64,000 nucleotides of DNA from an uncultured Verrucomicrobiota bacterium (GCA_944389455.1 CALXMK010000007.1:19637-83636); one strand, 5' to 3'; counted from the stretch's first letter, positions 1-9,918 are shown. A program made the numbers and translations. Notes: a model not told the origin generated them from the sequence alone.

Positions 1-2700
1 GTTTATCATTATACTTTGACTTTGTGGCTGAGTTTGGAAAGAGACAGGAGTTGAATTTCCATAGTAGCCCATTTGGTAAATGTATTCGATTTGTTCAGCA
101 GTTAATGTGCTAAAGAAAATTGCAGCTTCATCAATTAAACCACTGAAACGACGATCTGTATTAACCATATCTCCGCCAATTGTAAAACTTGAGGTTAATG
201 TTATTGCAGTGTGATTAGCAGTGTTATGTGCGGTTGTTAAGTTACCGGCTGAATCTCCAAGATAGAAAGTAGCTTGAGTGGGAGAAACAGCCATTGCAAC
301 GAAATTCCATTGATCAATGGCCGGATAAAGACCACTTCGATAGTCATGATAGTTGTCGTTCCAGTGATAACAGAGTTGATTCCCTGCGATATTAAGTCCT
401 ACAGCACTCTTTCCTCGATCAAAGAGCAGTGTCGTATAATCGTTAATGGCTGAAGTTGGTTTAATCCATGCAATCATCGTGAGTTCAGAAGCCGTAGAAT
501 CTATTTTATCTGATGAAATGTAACCTTTACCATTTAGAGCAACAGATAGATCTGAGTCATTAATGATGGCTCCTGGTTCTCCGAGGGTACCCCATCCTTC
601 ATTGATGGAAGCATCTCTTCTGGCCACATATTCATAAAAGGTTGGATATTCTGTTTCTCCTAGTCGCCAATATGCGTAAGGATTTGAAGCAAGAACCGCA
701 CTTTCATAAGCAGTAGAGGGTTCAAAGAAGTTTATTATAGCTTCATCTGTTTGTTCAGAGTTTAGCACATTGCTAGCAACAGCGTAGTATTTGCCGGAGT
801 TTGCTGAAGTGCGAGCAATGGAATAAGTGTTGGATTGTGCTCCAGGGATTGGTTCTCCATCTTTATACCACTGCCAGGAAATAGGAGGGGTTCCGTTAGC
901 TTCTGCGGCTAAGATGTATTCACTATTTTCCATAGCATAGATTTCCATACTAACGGGACTTGTTAGAATAGCAACGGGATCTGCAACAGTTTCGGAAGAA
1001 CCGGTGATAACTGCTCTGTTGAAAGTAGCTTGAGTTATATCCGTTTCATATCGTGAATAAGTTCCTATTCCAAAGCGAATTCCTTCGTAAAAGGAAAAGT
1101 TCTTTTCTAGACAGAGTACATCATCTATATAAAATTGAGCAGTTTGACCATTAGCGACTATTTTAATAGTGTGACGGCCTTGATCGTTAAATCCAAAATC
1201 TGCAGTGGAAATGTCTAGAGGATTTCCGTTTCCAGTAGGAATGTCTAATTCATCTCCGGTTAATTTATTATAGTGCCAACCTTGGTAAGAGGTAGTTTCA
1301 GCGGATCCCCCGTCTCCAAGATCATCTATAATAATCCAATTGCTCATATCTTCATTATAAATACCGATAGCGCATCGTCCTCCAGAGCCTGTGTAAGAAT
1401 AAGATTCACGTTCGACTTCAAACACCAAAGGAGATACAGAACTGGCTTGAAAACTATCACGGGTAATTAGTGCTGAGCCTGGCCAGTAGTGACCTTCAGC
1501 TGTAACATTTATTGAGAGTTGGCTTTCATTTAAATTATATTCTGTTAAAGAGGTAGGGGTTCCACCAGTTGTATATTCGTAGGATCTGTTATTGATTAAC
1601 CAAAGATTGGTATTCAGAGTATCGCCATCAAATTCATCTTCCATTAGAATTTCTCCTATAACTTCTCCTAAAACTATTAGTTGTTGGTAGTTTATAGGAA
1701 TATTGGATTCAGTGGATATAGAGATAGTGGTTTTACCTATTCCTCTTTTATAGATAGGAATATTGTATTCACTGGAATTGGGACTTAGTGTAATTGTTTT
1801 AGTTGTTCCAGTGTCAAATTCTGCGATAGATGGATTTTCAATATTTAAAGTTAGTGTAGTATCACTACTTTGTTGGGAAAATAATGTCTTAAAGTTAATA
1901 GTATTTTCAGAACCTATAGCGCCAGGAAGACTCATAGTTTCTTTTGAAAATAAAATAAAATTATTTGCACCTGTGATTAGAGCATTATCGAAAGATGCGT
2001 CTACCATATCGTTTTCGGCACGTGCAAAGACTCCAAAACCAAAACGAATTCCTTGTGAGTATGGAAATTTAACGGTAGTTCCCAAAGTATCATCAACATA
2101 AAAGCTGGCTGTTTCGCCATTGGCTTCTATTTTAATTCGATGCTGTTGTTGGTCTGTAAATGCCTCTGTTGCCAAAGAAGAGATTTGGATCCCAGAGCCT
2201 TGATTATTATCGCCTGTTTCGCCGATGTAACGATTATATCCCCAACCGTAATAAGTGGATGAGGAGGGAGTTGTACCATCTGTAAACTCAGAGAAAATAA
2301 TCCATCTATCTAATTCCTCATTGTAAATATAAAATGCGCAACGTCCACCACTGCTGCTAGAGGTGTTATAATAAATACGATCAATTTCAAAAGAGACGGG
2401 AGCTTGAGGTGATGCGTTGTAGCTATTTGAGGTAACAAAGGTTGCTCCTGGCCAATAGGCAGCGGAAGCAATATAGTTCATATAAACAGAATCAGATACT
2501 TGATAATTCAGAGTACCAGAAGCGGTTGTATTTGATAAATACTCGAAACTTCTTTCATTAAGTACCCAGTCGCTGCTAATTTCAGAACCTGAGAAATCAT
2601 CTTCAAATAAAATGTCAGCTGAAGTAGATATAGCTAATAATGTTAGTATAGGAACTATCATTATCTTATAAAGATTTTTGTTAGAATAAATCATTTCCAT
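1..2700 (-). CDS. Large secreted/surface protein, 3'-truncated by window edge: signal peptide, two copies of a ~215-aa beta-rich domain, Ig-like domain, LamG/concanavalin-like domain
   Basis: Not in ORF track (no stop inside window). Manual translation from ATG 2700 (or 2694): MEMIYSNKNLYKIMIVPILTLLAISTSADILFEDDF...; Ig motif PPISWQWYKDGEPIPGAQSNTYSI; LamG motifs YAYWRLGE and FSGLIDEAAIF; ends ...FQTQPQSQSIMIN at the edge. Frame spot-checked on several lines, not codon by codon. Confidence 0.85.
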   Translation of the reverse strand, partial: MEMIYSNKNLYKIMIVPILTLLAISTSADILFEDDFSGSEISSDWVLNERSFEYLSNTTASGTLNYQVSDSVYMNYIASAAYWPGATFVTSNSYNASPQAPVSFEIDRIYYNTSSSSGGRCAFYIYNEELDRWIIFSEFTDGTTPSSSTYYGWGYNRYIGETGDNNQGSGIQISSLATEAFTDQQQHRIKIEANGETASFYVDDTLGTTVKFPYSQGIRFGFGVFARAENDMVDASFDNALITGANNFILFSKETMSLPGAIGSENTINFKTLFSQQSSDTTLTLNIENPSIAEFDTGTTKTITLSPNSSEYNIPIYKRGIGKTTISISTESNIPINYQQLIVLGEVIGEILMEDEFDGDTLNTNLWLINNRSYEYTTGGTPTSLTEYNLNESQLSINVTAEGHYWPGSALITRDSFQASSVSPLVFEVERESYSYTGSGGRCAIGIYNEDMSNWIIIDDLGDGGSAETTSYQGWHYNKLTGDELDIPTGNGNPLDISTADFGFNDQGRHTIKIVANGQTAQFYIDDVLCLEKNFSFYEGIRFGIGTYSRYETDITQATFNRAVITGSSETVADPVAILTSPVSMEIYAMENSEYILAAEANGTPPISWQWYKDGEPIPGAQSNTYSIARTSANSGKYYAVASNVLNSEQTDEAIINFFEPSTAYESAVLASNPYAYWRLGETEYPTFYEYVARRDASINEGWGTLGEPGAIINDSDLSVALNGKGYISSDKIDSTASELTMIAWIKPTSAINDYTTLLFDRGKSAVGLNIAGNQLCYHWNDNYHDYRSGLYPAIDQWNFVAMAVSPTQATFYLGDSAGNLTTAHNTANHTAITLTSSFTIGGDMVNTDRRFSGLIDEAAIFFSTLTAEQIEYIYQMGYYGNSTPVSFQTQPQSQSIMIN

Positions 2701-2728
2701 ATTTTAATGCAAATAATTAAGAAGTCAA
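2701..2728 (-). promoter_or_regulatory. Putative sigma70 promoter of the large surface-protein gene
   Basis: Minus strand TTGACT (2728-2723), 16 nt, TAAAAT (2706-2701), then ATG GAA ATG. Confidence 0.5.
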
Positions 2729-2886
2729 TCTTAAATATGTCTTATTATGTGCAAGATAAGAAAATAGAGCAAAACATGGACATGATAATATGAAAGGAGT
2801 ATTGTTTTGAAAGAAGGGGTTGAAGATACTTTTTCTCTAAAAAAATAGAAGTAACTTGAATATTGTGTAGAATTAATTTGGTGGTG

Positions 2887-4161
2887 ATGGAAACAATTTC
2901 TGTTATAGGTTTGGGATATGTAGGATTACCATTGGCGATAGCTTTTTCGGGCGTGGATTCATTCCAGGTAGTGGCGTATGATATCAATATAGAAAAGGTA
3001 ACGGCTTATAATCGTGGAGAGGATCCCACTGGAGAGGTAGGTGATGATGAGATCAAGAGAGTTCTTAAAAAGGGTAAAATCTGTTTTTCATCTGATGAGG
3101 CTATTTTAGAAAAGAGCTATTTTCATATTGTGGCGGTGCCGACTCCATTAGATAGGGATAGAAGACCGGATTTGACAGCCTTAAAACAGGCGTCTCAAAT
3201 AGTAGGCAGACACCTAAATCCTAAATCGATTGTAGTTTATGAGAGCACTGTTTATCCTGGATGTACTGAGGAGTATTGTTTGCCGATTTTAGAAAAGGAG
3301 TCGGGCTTAAAAAGAGGAAGAGATTTTAAAATAGGCTATTCTCCAGAGAGAATTAATCCAGGAGATCGTGAACATTGTTTAACTAATATTGTAAAACTTG
3401 TTTCAGCTGAAGATGATAATACATTGGAGAGAATAGCATCGATTTATGAGCAGATTATCAAGGCAGGAGTTAGGAAGGTTTCTTCAATTCAGGTAGCGGA
3501 GGCTGCAAAAGTTATTGAGAATACACAGCGGGATATTAATATTGCCTTTGTCAATGAGTTATCTAAAATGTTTCATAAAATGGGAATTGATACAAAAGAG
3601 GTTTTGGATGCTGCCGGAACAAAATGGAATTTTCTTCCTTTTAAACCGGGGTTGGTAGGTGGGCATTGTATTGGAGTAGATCCATACTATTTGGCACAGA
3701 GAGCCCAGGAATTAGGTTATCATCCTGAGATTATTTTGGCTGGGCGTCGTTTGAATGATGGTATGGGAGAGTACGTGGCAAGAGAGGTCATTCATTTGAT
3801 GGTCTGCAAGGAAGTTATTTTAAAGAGAGGCAGAGTCTTGATATTAGGATTTACTTTTAAAGAAAATTGTAATGATTCTAGAAATACACAGGTTATACAA
3901 ATTATAAAAGAGTTGGAGAGGTTTTGTTTGAGAGTAGATATCTGTGATCCTCTAGCAAAGAAGGAAGAGGTTCAAAGAGTTTATGGTCCGCTCAGTCTGA
4001 TTGAAATTAATAATTTGCCTGAAAAATCATATGATGCGCTAATTTTGGCAGTCCCTCATCGGATTTTTGAAAATTTGGATTTGAGAACATTTCTTAGATC
4101 TAATGGAGTCCTTTATGACGTAAAAGGTGTTTTGCCTTATCCTGTGGACGGAAGCTTATGA
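2887..4161 (+). CDS. Nucleotide-sugar dehydrogenase (UDP-GlcNAc/GalNAc 6-dehydrogenase, TviB/WbpO-like)
   Basis: GLGYVGLP Rossmann motif, ESTVYPG, YSPERINPG, GLVGGHCIGVDPYYL. ATG 2887 preferred over track start 2863. Confidence 0.9.
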   Translation: METISVIGLGYVGLPLAIAFSGVDSFQVVAYDINIEKVTAYNRGEDPTGEVGDDEIKRVLKKGKICFSSDEAILEKSYFHIVAVPTPLDRDRRPDLTALKQASQIVGRHLNPKSIVVYESTVYPGCTEEYCLPILEKESGLKRGRDFKIGYSPERINPGDREHCLTNIVKLVSAEDDNTLERIASIYEQIIKAGVRKVSSIQVAEAAKVIENTQRDINIAFVNELSKMFHKMGIDTKEVLDAAGTKWNFLPFKPGLVGGHCIGVDPYYLAQRAQELGYHPEIILAGRRLNDGMGEYVAREVIHLMVCKEVILKRGRVLILGFTFKENCNDSRNTQVIQIIKELERFCLRVDICDPLAKKEEVQRVYGPLSLIEINNLPEKSYDALILAVPHRIFENLDLRTFLRSNGVLYDVKGVLPYPVDGSL

Positions 4162-4324
4162 TGAGAGGTAGATAAAAACTTGACAATTTTGCTTGAGTAA
4201 TAGAAACTTTGCAGGCCGTTTTCATGCGGTGTTCAGAGGATTTATCAGAAGTGATTTTCTCATGTCTTCTTCAGTGTGTTTTAGAAAGACAGCGGTACTG
4301 TGTTCAAAATCTTAAGTAAGCGAA

Positions 4325-5623
4325 ATGAAAGCTATCGACTTGAGAGGTATCTTAAAATATGTTCCACAGTATCGTCATAAGATATTTGTGATTGCTCTGG
4401 ATGGGATCATTACAGAGAGTGAGAACTTCTCCAATATCTTATTAGATGTAGCTGTACTGTCTTCTTTAAATATTCAAGTGGTCTTAGTCCATGGAATCAG
4501 TTCTCAGATCAAGAAAATTTCGGCAGAAATGGAAGGATTCCAGCCTTCAGATCTGGATGGTAATGGAGTTACTGATGATCAAACTCTTGGAATAGCTTTA
4601 ATAGCTTCCAATCGATGTACTCATGAAATTTTAGAAGGGTTGAGTACGGCAGATTTGCGTGCAGTTACTTGCAATGGGATTATTTCGCATCCAATGGGGA
4701 TTATACATGGAGTGGATCATCAATATACAGGGAAAGTCGAGCGAGTTGATGTGGAGATGTTCAGTACTCTTTTAAAAGATGGAATAATTCCAGTAGCGCC
4801 TCCACTGGGATTTGATGGTGAAGGAAATACTTATCGAGTCAATTCGGATAATGTGGCTTACGCACTGGGCGTTCATCTAAAAGCACAAAAGATTATTTTT
4901 GTAACTTCTTCAGATGGACTTTATTGTAATGGGAAACTTATAGGAAATATTCAAGCGCAAACATTGCAGAGAATGCTTGAGAATCCGGCAAATATATTTC
5001 ATAAAGAACAGGTTTCAAAGGCTAAATACGCGGTTCAAGCTTGTCAACAAGGAGTTCAAAGAGTGCATTTGATTAATGGCTTTGTCAATGAATCTCTTAT
5101 AGCTGAAATTTTCAGCAATGAAGGAGTGGGGACGTTGATCTATGCCAATGAGTACCAACAGATTCGCCGGGCAACACGGAAAGATACACGGACAATTATG
5201 GTACTAATCCGCCAGGCAATGAAAATGGAAGAACTTACTAATCGTTCTTATAGAGATGTGGAATCTAGAATTCAGGATTATTATCTCTTTGAGATAGATG
5301 GGCATGCGGTTGCATGCGTTGCATTGCATGTTTTTTCGGATAAAACGACAGGGGAGTTGGCCTGTTTATATGTTTCCTGCAATCATGAAAATAAAGGAAT
5401 TGGACGAAAATTGATCCGTTTTATAGAAGATAAAGCTCGCAGTTTGAACTTGAAGAAATTAGTCGTATTATCCACACAGACTTATACTTATTTTCGTTTT
5501 AAAGGGGGATTTAAGGATGGCAGTGAGGCAGATTTATCTCCGGAACGATTGCTGATTTATCATCAGAGTAAACGACGTTCCAAAATATTAGTAAAGAATT
5601 TAATAGAAGAAAATTCCAAATGA
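4325..5623 (+). CDS. argA: Amino-acid N-acetyltransferase (N-acetylglutamate synthase), AAK + GNAT domains
   Basis: N-terminal acetylglutamate-kinase-like fold (VLVHG, RVHLING, EIFSNEGVGT) plus C-terminal GNAT (ELACLYV...GIGRKL). Confidence 0.88.
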   Translation: MKAIDLRGILKYVPQYRHKIFVIALDGIITESENFSNILLDVAVLSSLNIQVVLVHGISSQIKKISAEMEGFQPSDLDGNGVTDDQTLGIALIASNRCTHEILEGLSTADLRAVTCNGIISHPMGIIHGVDHQYTGKVERVDVEMFSTLLKDGIIPVAPPLGFDGEGNTYRVNSDNVAYALGVHLKAQKIIFVTSSDGLYCNGKLIGNIQAQTLQRMLENPANIFHKEQVSKAKYAVQACQQGVQRVHLINGFVNESLIAEIFSNEGVGTLIYANEYQQIRRATRKDTRTIMVLIRQAMKMEELTNRSYRDVESRIQDYYLFEIDGHAVACVALHVFSDKTTGELACLYVSCNHENKGIGRKLIRFIEDKARSLNLKKLVVLSTQTYTYFRFKGGFKDGSEADLSPERLLIYHQSKRRSKILVKNLIEENSK

Positions 5624-6558
5624 AAAAAACAGTACTTTTATTTTCTGGACAGGGGGCTCAAACAGTTGGAATGGGCCGAGATCTTTTTGAAAGATATCCT
5701 ACAGCTTCCAGGTTGTTTAAAGAGGCTGATTCAATTTTAGGATTAGATTTAAGCAAGGTAATCTTTGAAGGACCGGAGGAGAAGTTGACTCAGACCGAAT
5801 ACGCCCAGCCAGCGATCTTTCTCATGAGTTGGGTTGCGATGAAGCTTTTACAAGAGTCTATTCCGGGATTTGAATTTCAAGGAGCAGCGGGACTGAGCTT
5901 GGGAGAGTTTACTGCATTGGCAGCTGCGGAAGTTTTTTCCTTTGAAGAGGGGCTTATTCTGGTAAGGAAAAGAGGAACTTATATGCAGGAGGCTTGTGAT
6001 GCTACTCAAGGTGGAATGGCTGCAATTATCGGGTTACCAGAGGAGGTGGTGCGTGAGATTTGTGCAGAGACAGAAACAGAGCTTGCTAATCTGAATTGTC
6101 CTGGACAGATTGTTATTTCTGGAGAAAGTTCCAAGGTGGTATCAGCTTGTGAGCTTGCGCGTGCCAAAGGTGCTAAGAGGGCATTACCTTTAGCGGTAGC
6201 GGGGGCTTATCATTCTTCCTTAATGAGATCAGCTCAGTCGAAACTGAAGGATGCTTTAAAAGAAGTAAAGATTACAGTTCCTACTATTCCGGTTGTATCT
6301 AATGTGACAGCATTGCCACATGAAAAAAATGCAGATGTAATAAGAGATACACTTGTAAGACAGGTAACCTCTTCAGTTTTATTTGAATCTTCTCTAAGAT
6401 GGTTGATTGATAATGGTTTTACCCGTTTTGTCGAGGTCGGCCCAGGAACGGTTCTTTGCGGATTTCTCAAACGTATTAGCAAAGAAGTAGAGATTTTAAA
6501 TATAGCCGATACGGTGAGTTTAGAAAAAACCGTAGCGATATTAAATCAAGTAAATTAA
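5620..6558 (+). CDS. fabD: Malonyl-CoA:ACP transacylase
   Basis: FSGQGAQ, GLSLGE catalytic Ser motif, GAYHS; ATGA overlap with argA stop. Confidence 0.95.
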   Translation: MKKTVLLFSGQGAQTVGMGRDLFERYPTASRLFKEADSILGLDLSKVIFEGPEEKLTQTEYAQPAIFLMSWVAMKLLQESIPGFEFQGAAGLSLGEFTALAAAEVFSFEEGLILVRKRGTYMQEACDATQGGMAAIIGLPEEVVREICAETETELANLNCPGQIVISGESSKVVSACELARAKGAKRALPLAVAGAYHSSLMRSAQSKLKDALKEVKITVPTIPVVSNVTALPHEKNADVIRDTLVRQVTSSVLFESSLRWLIDNGFTRFVEVGPGTVLCGFLKRISKEVEILNIADTVSLEKTVAILNQVN

Positions 6559-6574
6559 ATTAAAAAACAAGAAA

Positions 6575-7318
6575 ATGAATCGTTTTGAAGGTCAAGTTGT
6601 TGTTGTAACAGGTGCAGGCCGTGGTATAGGCAGAAGTATAGCATTATCTTTTGCTAAAGAAGGAGCAGATGTAGTTTGTATCTCTCGCACACAGGCTAAT
6701 TCAGGCAAGGTCGCAGAGGAAATTCGTCAAATGGGACGCAAAGCCTGGGCATTTGGGATAGATGTAGCTGATTCAGCAGCGGTTAATGAGATGAGTGCAG
6801 CTGTTTTAAAAGAAGCAGGAAAGATCGATGTCTTAGTTAATAATGCCGGTGTAACTCGTGATAATCTTTTTATGAGAATGAGCGAGGAGGAGTGGGATAC
6901 GGTTATTAATACGAATTTAAAAGGTGCGTATTTGCTCTGTAAATCTTTTATTCGCAGTTTTATTAAACAACGTTCTGGTCGTATCATAAATATAGCTTCT
7001 ATTGTCGGATTGACAGGGAATGCAGGGCAATGTAATTATGCAGCAAGTAAGGCCGCTTTGGTTGGTTTTACAAAATCGCTTGCCCGGGAAGTAGCCAGCA
7101 GAAGCATTACAGTAAACGCAATAGCTCCTGGTTTTATAGAGACTGATATGACAGGAGCTCTATCAGAAAATGTTAAAGAGGCTTTTTTAAAAGAAATACC
7201 GATGAATCAAATTGGGAAACCGGAAGACATTGCTGGGGCGGCATTGTTTTTAGCTAGCACGGATGCCCGTTATATTACTGGACACGTTTTAGTGGTTGAC
7301 GGCGGTTTCGCAATGTAG
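6575..7318 (+). CDS. fabG: 3-oxoacyl-ACP reductase
   Basis: TGAGRGIG, NNAG, YAASK; fab operon context. Confidence 0.95.
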   Translation: MNRFEGQVVVVTGAGRGIGRSIALSFAKEGADVVCISRTQANSGKVAEEIRQMGRKAWAFGIDVADSAAVNEMSAAVLKEAGKIDVLVNNAGVTRDNLFMRMSEEEWDTVINTNLKGAYLLCKSFIRSFIKQRSGRIINIASIVGLTGNAGQCNYAASKAALVGFTKSLAREVASRSITVNAIAPGFIETDMTGALSENVKEAFLKEIPMNQIGKPEDIAGAALFLASTDARYITGHVLVVDGGFAM

Positions 7319-7434
7319 ATAATATCAGAGGCTCCTTGACGGGAAAATCTCGATTTGAGCTATAACTGATTTAAAAGTCGGGTGTCCAGATGCTGAAGGC
7401 GGATGGAACCTGGCACTAGTACGGAGAAATATCT

Positions 7435-7683
7435 ATGGCAGATAATAATATTGAAGAGAAAGTAAAAAAAATCATCGTTGAGCAGTTGACTGTTAATCCT
7501 GATCAAGTCACTCCTGATGCCAAGTTCGTGGAAGATCTGGGTGCTGATTCCTTGGACAATGTAGAGCTGATAATGGCTTTGGAAGAGGAATTTAATCTTG
7601 AGGTTCCCGATGAAGAGGCTGAAAAGCTTCAGAGTGTCGGAGATGTTATTAAATACATCGAAGCGAACCAGAAAGAAAAATAA
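7435..7683 (+). CDS. acpP: Acyl carrier protein
   Basis: DLGADSLD phosphopantetheine motif, acidic 82-aa protein. Confidence 0.96.
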   Translation: MADNNIEEKVKKIIVEQLTVNPDQVTPDAKFVEDLGADSLDNVELIMALEEEFNLEVPDEEAEKLQSVGDVIKYIEANQKEK

Positions 7684-7689
7684 CACAGA

Positions 7690-7829
7690 AGGAGTTCTAT
7701 AGAGAATTCCTCAACAGCGGAAAAGACAGTTCTAATAATCATGGAACTGAATGTTCTGCTGTATATCAGACGGAAACGGACTCGCAGGGGGTTATGAACA
7801 AGAAGAGTTCTCGTGCGAGTCAGTTTCGT
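7690..7829 (+). other. Three consecutive stem-loops in acpP-fabF spacer (candidate cis-acting RNA)
   Basis: AGGAGTTCT/AGAATTCCT (7690-7711); ACAGCGGAA..CAGTTC/GAACTG..TTCTGCTGT (7714-7762); GAAAC-GACTCGCA-GGGGGTT/AGTTCTC-TGCGAGTC-GTTTC (7773-7827). Confidence 0.6.
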
Positions 7830-7876
7830 TGATTTTTGTAATTTATTAGCCATTTAATTATTTATAATTTTATCAG

Positions 7877-9142
7877 ATGTCAGATTGTGGCTCTAATCGC
7901 AGAGTAGTTATTACCGGCTTAGGAATCGTTTCCTCGTTAGGAAATGATATAGATACTTTTTGGAGAAGATTGGTAAATGGGGATACGGGTATAGATCGTA
8001 TTCGGGGAATGGATGCCTCTCCTTTTGCCTGTCAGATTGCTTCTGAAGTACATGATTTTGATCCTACGCCAGCTTTCCCATCTCCTAAAGATGTGCGTAG
8101 ATCAGATCGTTATTGCCAATTTTCTACCTATGCAGGGTGGAAAGCGTTGCAGGATTCCGGTTTAGATCTTAACAAAGAGAATCCTGAAGAAATTGGCTGT
8201 GTTTTTGGTTCCGGAATTGGAGGATTATCAACGACGCAGGAGCAATGTAAGGTGTTGTTAGAAAGAGGACCAGGGAGACTTTCTCCATTTATGATTCCTA
8301 TGTTAATTTTGAATATGGGATCTGGGCTTTTTTCGATTTTTTATGGTTTAAAAGGTCCTAATATGGCAACTTGCTCTGCATGTGCTACTTCTACTCATGC
8401 AGTGGGTGAGGCTTGGCAAACAATTAAGATGGGGAATGCTACGATGATGTTTGCCGGTGGTGCTGAGGCTGCTGTCACGGAATTGGGAATAGGAGGTTTT
8501 TGTGCAATGAGGGCTCTTAGTACTCGGAATGATGATCCTAAAAGATCTTCTCGCCCATTTGATGCGGATCGAGATGGCTTTGTGATGGGTGAGGGGGCTG
8601 GAGTACTTTTATTAGAGGAGCTCGAACATGCGAAGGCCAGAAATGCAAAAATCTACGCTGAACTGGTTGGCTATGGAAATACAGCTGATGCTTATCATAT
8701 TACCTCACCCTCTCCTGGAGGAGAAGGTGCAGCGCGTTGTATGAGAATGGCGTTGCGTTCAGCGAAATTAAATCCTGAAAATGTCAGTTATGTTAATGCT
8801 CATGCGACTTCAACAAGAGCAGGTGATGTAGCAGAAGTAAAGGCTTTACAAACTGTTTTTGGTGAGAAAATAAAGAGTTTAGCGGTCAGTTCTACGAAGG
8901 GGGCTCATGGCCATATGCTGGGGGCGACAGGAGCAGTAGAATTAATTGTTTCTGCTCTTTCTGTATTTAATAATGTTGTGCCGCCTACAATCAATTATGA
9001 AACAAAAGATCCTGAATGTGATTTGGATTGTGTACCCAATACAGCCAGAGAGATGGAAGTGGATGTCGCAATGAGTAATTCCTTTGGCTTTGGCGGGCAT
9101 AATGCAACTCTAGTTTGTCGCAAATATAAAGGCAACTGTTGA
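7877..9142 (+). CDS. fabF: 3-oxoacyl-ACP synthase II
   Basis: CSACATS active Cys, NAHATST, KGAHGH, SNSFGFGGHNA. Confidence 0.95.
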   Translation: MSDCGSNRRVVITGLGIVSSLGNDIDTFWRRLVNGDTGIDRIRGMDASPFACQIASEVHDFDPTPAFPSPKDVRRSDRYCQFSTYAGWKALQDSGLDLNKENPEEIGCVFGSGIGGLSTTQEQCKVLLERGPGRLSPFMIPMLILNMGSGLFSIFYGLKGPNMATCSACATSTHAVGEAWQTIKMGNATMMFAGGAEAAVTELGIGGFCAMRALSTRNDDPKRSSRPFDADRDGFVMGEGAGVLLLEELEHAKARNAKIYAELVGYGNTADAYHITSPSPGGEGAARCMRMALRSAKLNPENVSYVNAHATSTRAGDVAEVKALQTVFGEKIKSLAVSSTKGAHGHMLGATGAVELIVSALSVFNNVVPPTINYETKDPECDLDCVPNTAREMEVDVAMSNSFGFGGHNATLVCRKYKGNC

Positions 9143-9150
9143 GTTTTTTA

Positions 9151-9192
9151 AGGGTCTGTTTTTCAGAAAAACGAAAGAACAGACCTTTTTTT
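9151..9192 (+). terminator. Intrinsic terminator after fabF
   Basis: GGTCTGTT...AACAGACC stem followed by a T7 run. Confidence 0.7.
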
Positions 9193-9217
9193 ATGCTTTT
9201 ATTATATAAATCCCGAA

Positions 9218-9904
9218 ATGATCAGAGAAGCAAAGGTAGTCAGAGAAACAAAAGAGACTAAAATTAATTTGGTTTTGAAGATCGATGGAAAAGGTGAATC
9301 GGATATCCAGACAAGAATTCCCTTTTTTGATCATATGCTTACTCTTTTTGCTAAGCATTCTTTTATTGATTTGCAATTAGTTTGCCAGGGAGATATCGAA
9401 GTGGATGCTCATCACACGGTAGAGGATTGCGGGTTGTCATTAGGAAAGGCTTTTTTTCAGGCATTAGGAAGTAAAGCTGGTATCTCTCGTTATGGAACTG
9501 GCTTTAATTCTAAAATTTCAAATCAGTTCGATAGCGAGAGTTTGAGAGGTGAGTTCTATATGCCAATGGATGAATGTTTAATTCGTTGTGTGATTGATTT
9601 TGGAGGAAGACCTTATCTTGTTTATAGAGGCTTGGATGAAAAGGCTTTAGCTATATGCAGACCAAAAGATGATGAGTTGAGGCAAGATATGTCTACCATG
9701 TTCCGCTTTGGATTGGCAAAGGAGTTTTTCCAGGCGTTTGTTAATGAGGCTCGCTGCAATTTGCATATTGAGCTTCTCTACGGAGAGGAACCTCATCATA
9801 TTGTGGAGGGAATGTTTAAGGCTTTTGCTCGCGCGGTAGATCAGGCATGTCGAAAGGATCCCCGATTGGGAAATAGTTTGCCTACGACAAAAGGCAAATT
9901 GTAA
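9218..9904 (+). CDS. hisB: Imidazoleglycerol-phosphate dehydratase
   Basis: FFDHML, DAHHTVED, PMDE, HHIVEGMFKA, C-terminal PTTKGKL; carries two insertions. Confidence 0.93.
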   Translation: MIREAKVVRETKETKINLVLKIDGKGESDIQTRIPFFDHMLTLFAKHSFIDLQLVCQGDIEVDAHHTVEDCGLSLGKAFFQALGSKAGISRYGTGFNSKISNQFDSESLRGEFYMPMDECLIRCVIDFGGRPYLVYRGLDEKALAICRPKDDELRQDMSTMFRFGLAKEFFQAFVNEARCNLHIELLYGEEPHHIVEGMFKAFARAVDQACRKDPRLGNSLPTTKGKL

Positions 9905-9918
9905 TAGTTATAAATTTA

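Noticed and set aside
1273-2101. Track ORFs 1273..1470 and 1763..2101 (+)
   Set aside because: Antisense shadows of the long minus-strand gene 1..2700.
4180-4208. TTGACA upstream of argA
   Set aside because: Perfect -35 but only a weak -10 (GAAACT) at 17 nt.
7336-7366. TTGACG...TATAAC promoter upstream of acpP
   Set aside because: 19-nt spacer is too long to call confidently.
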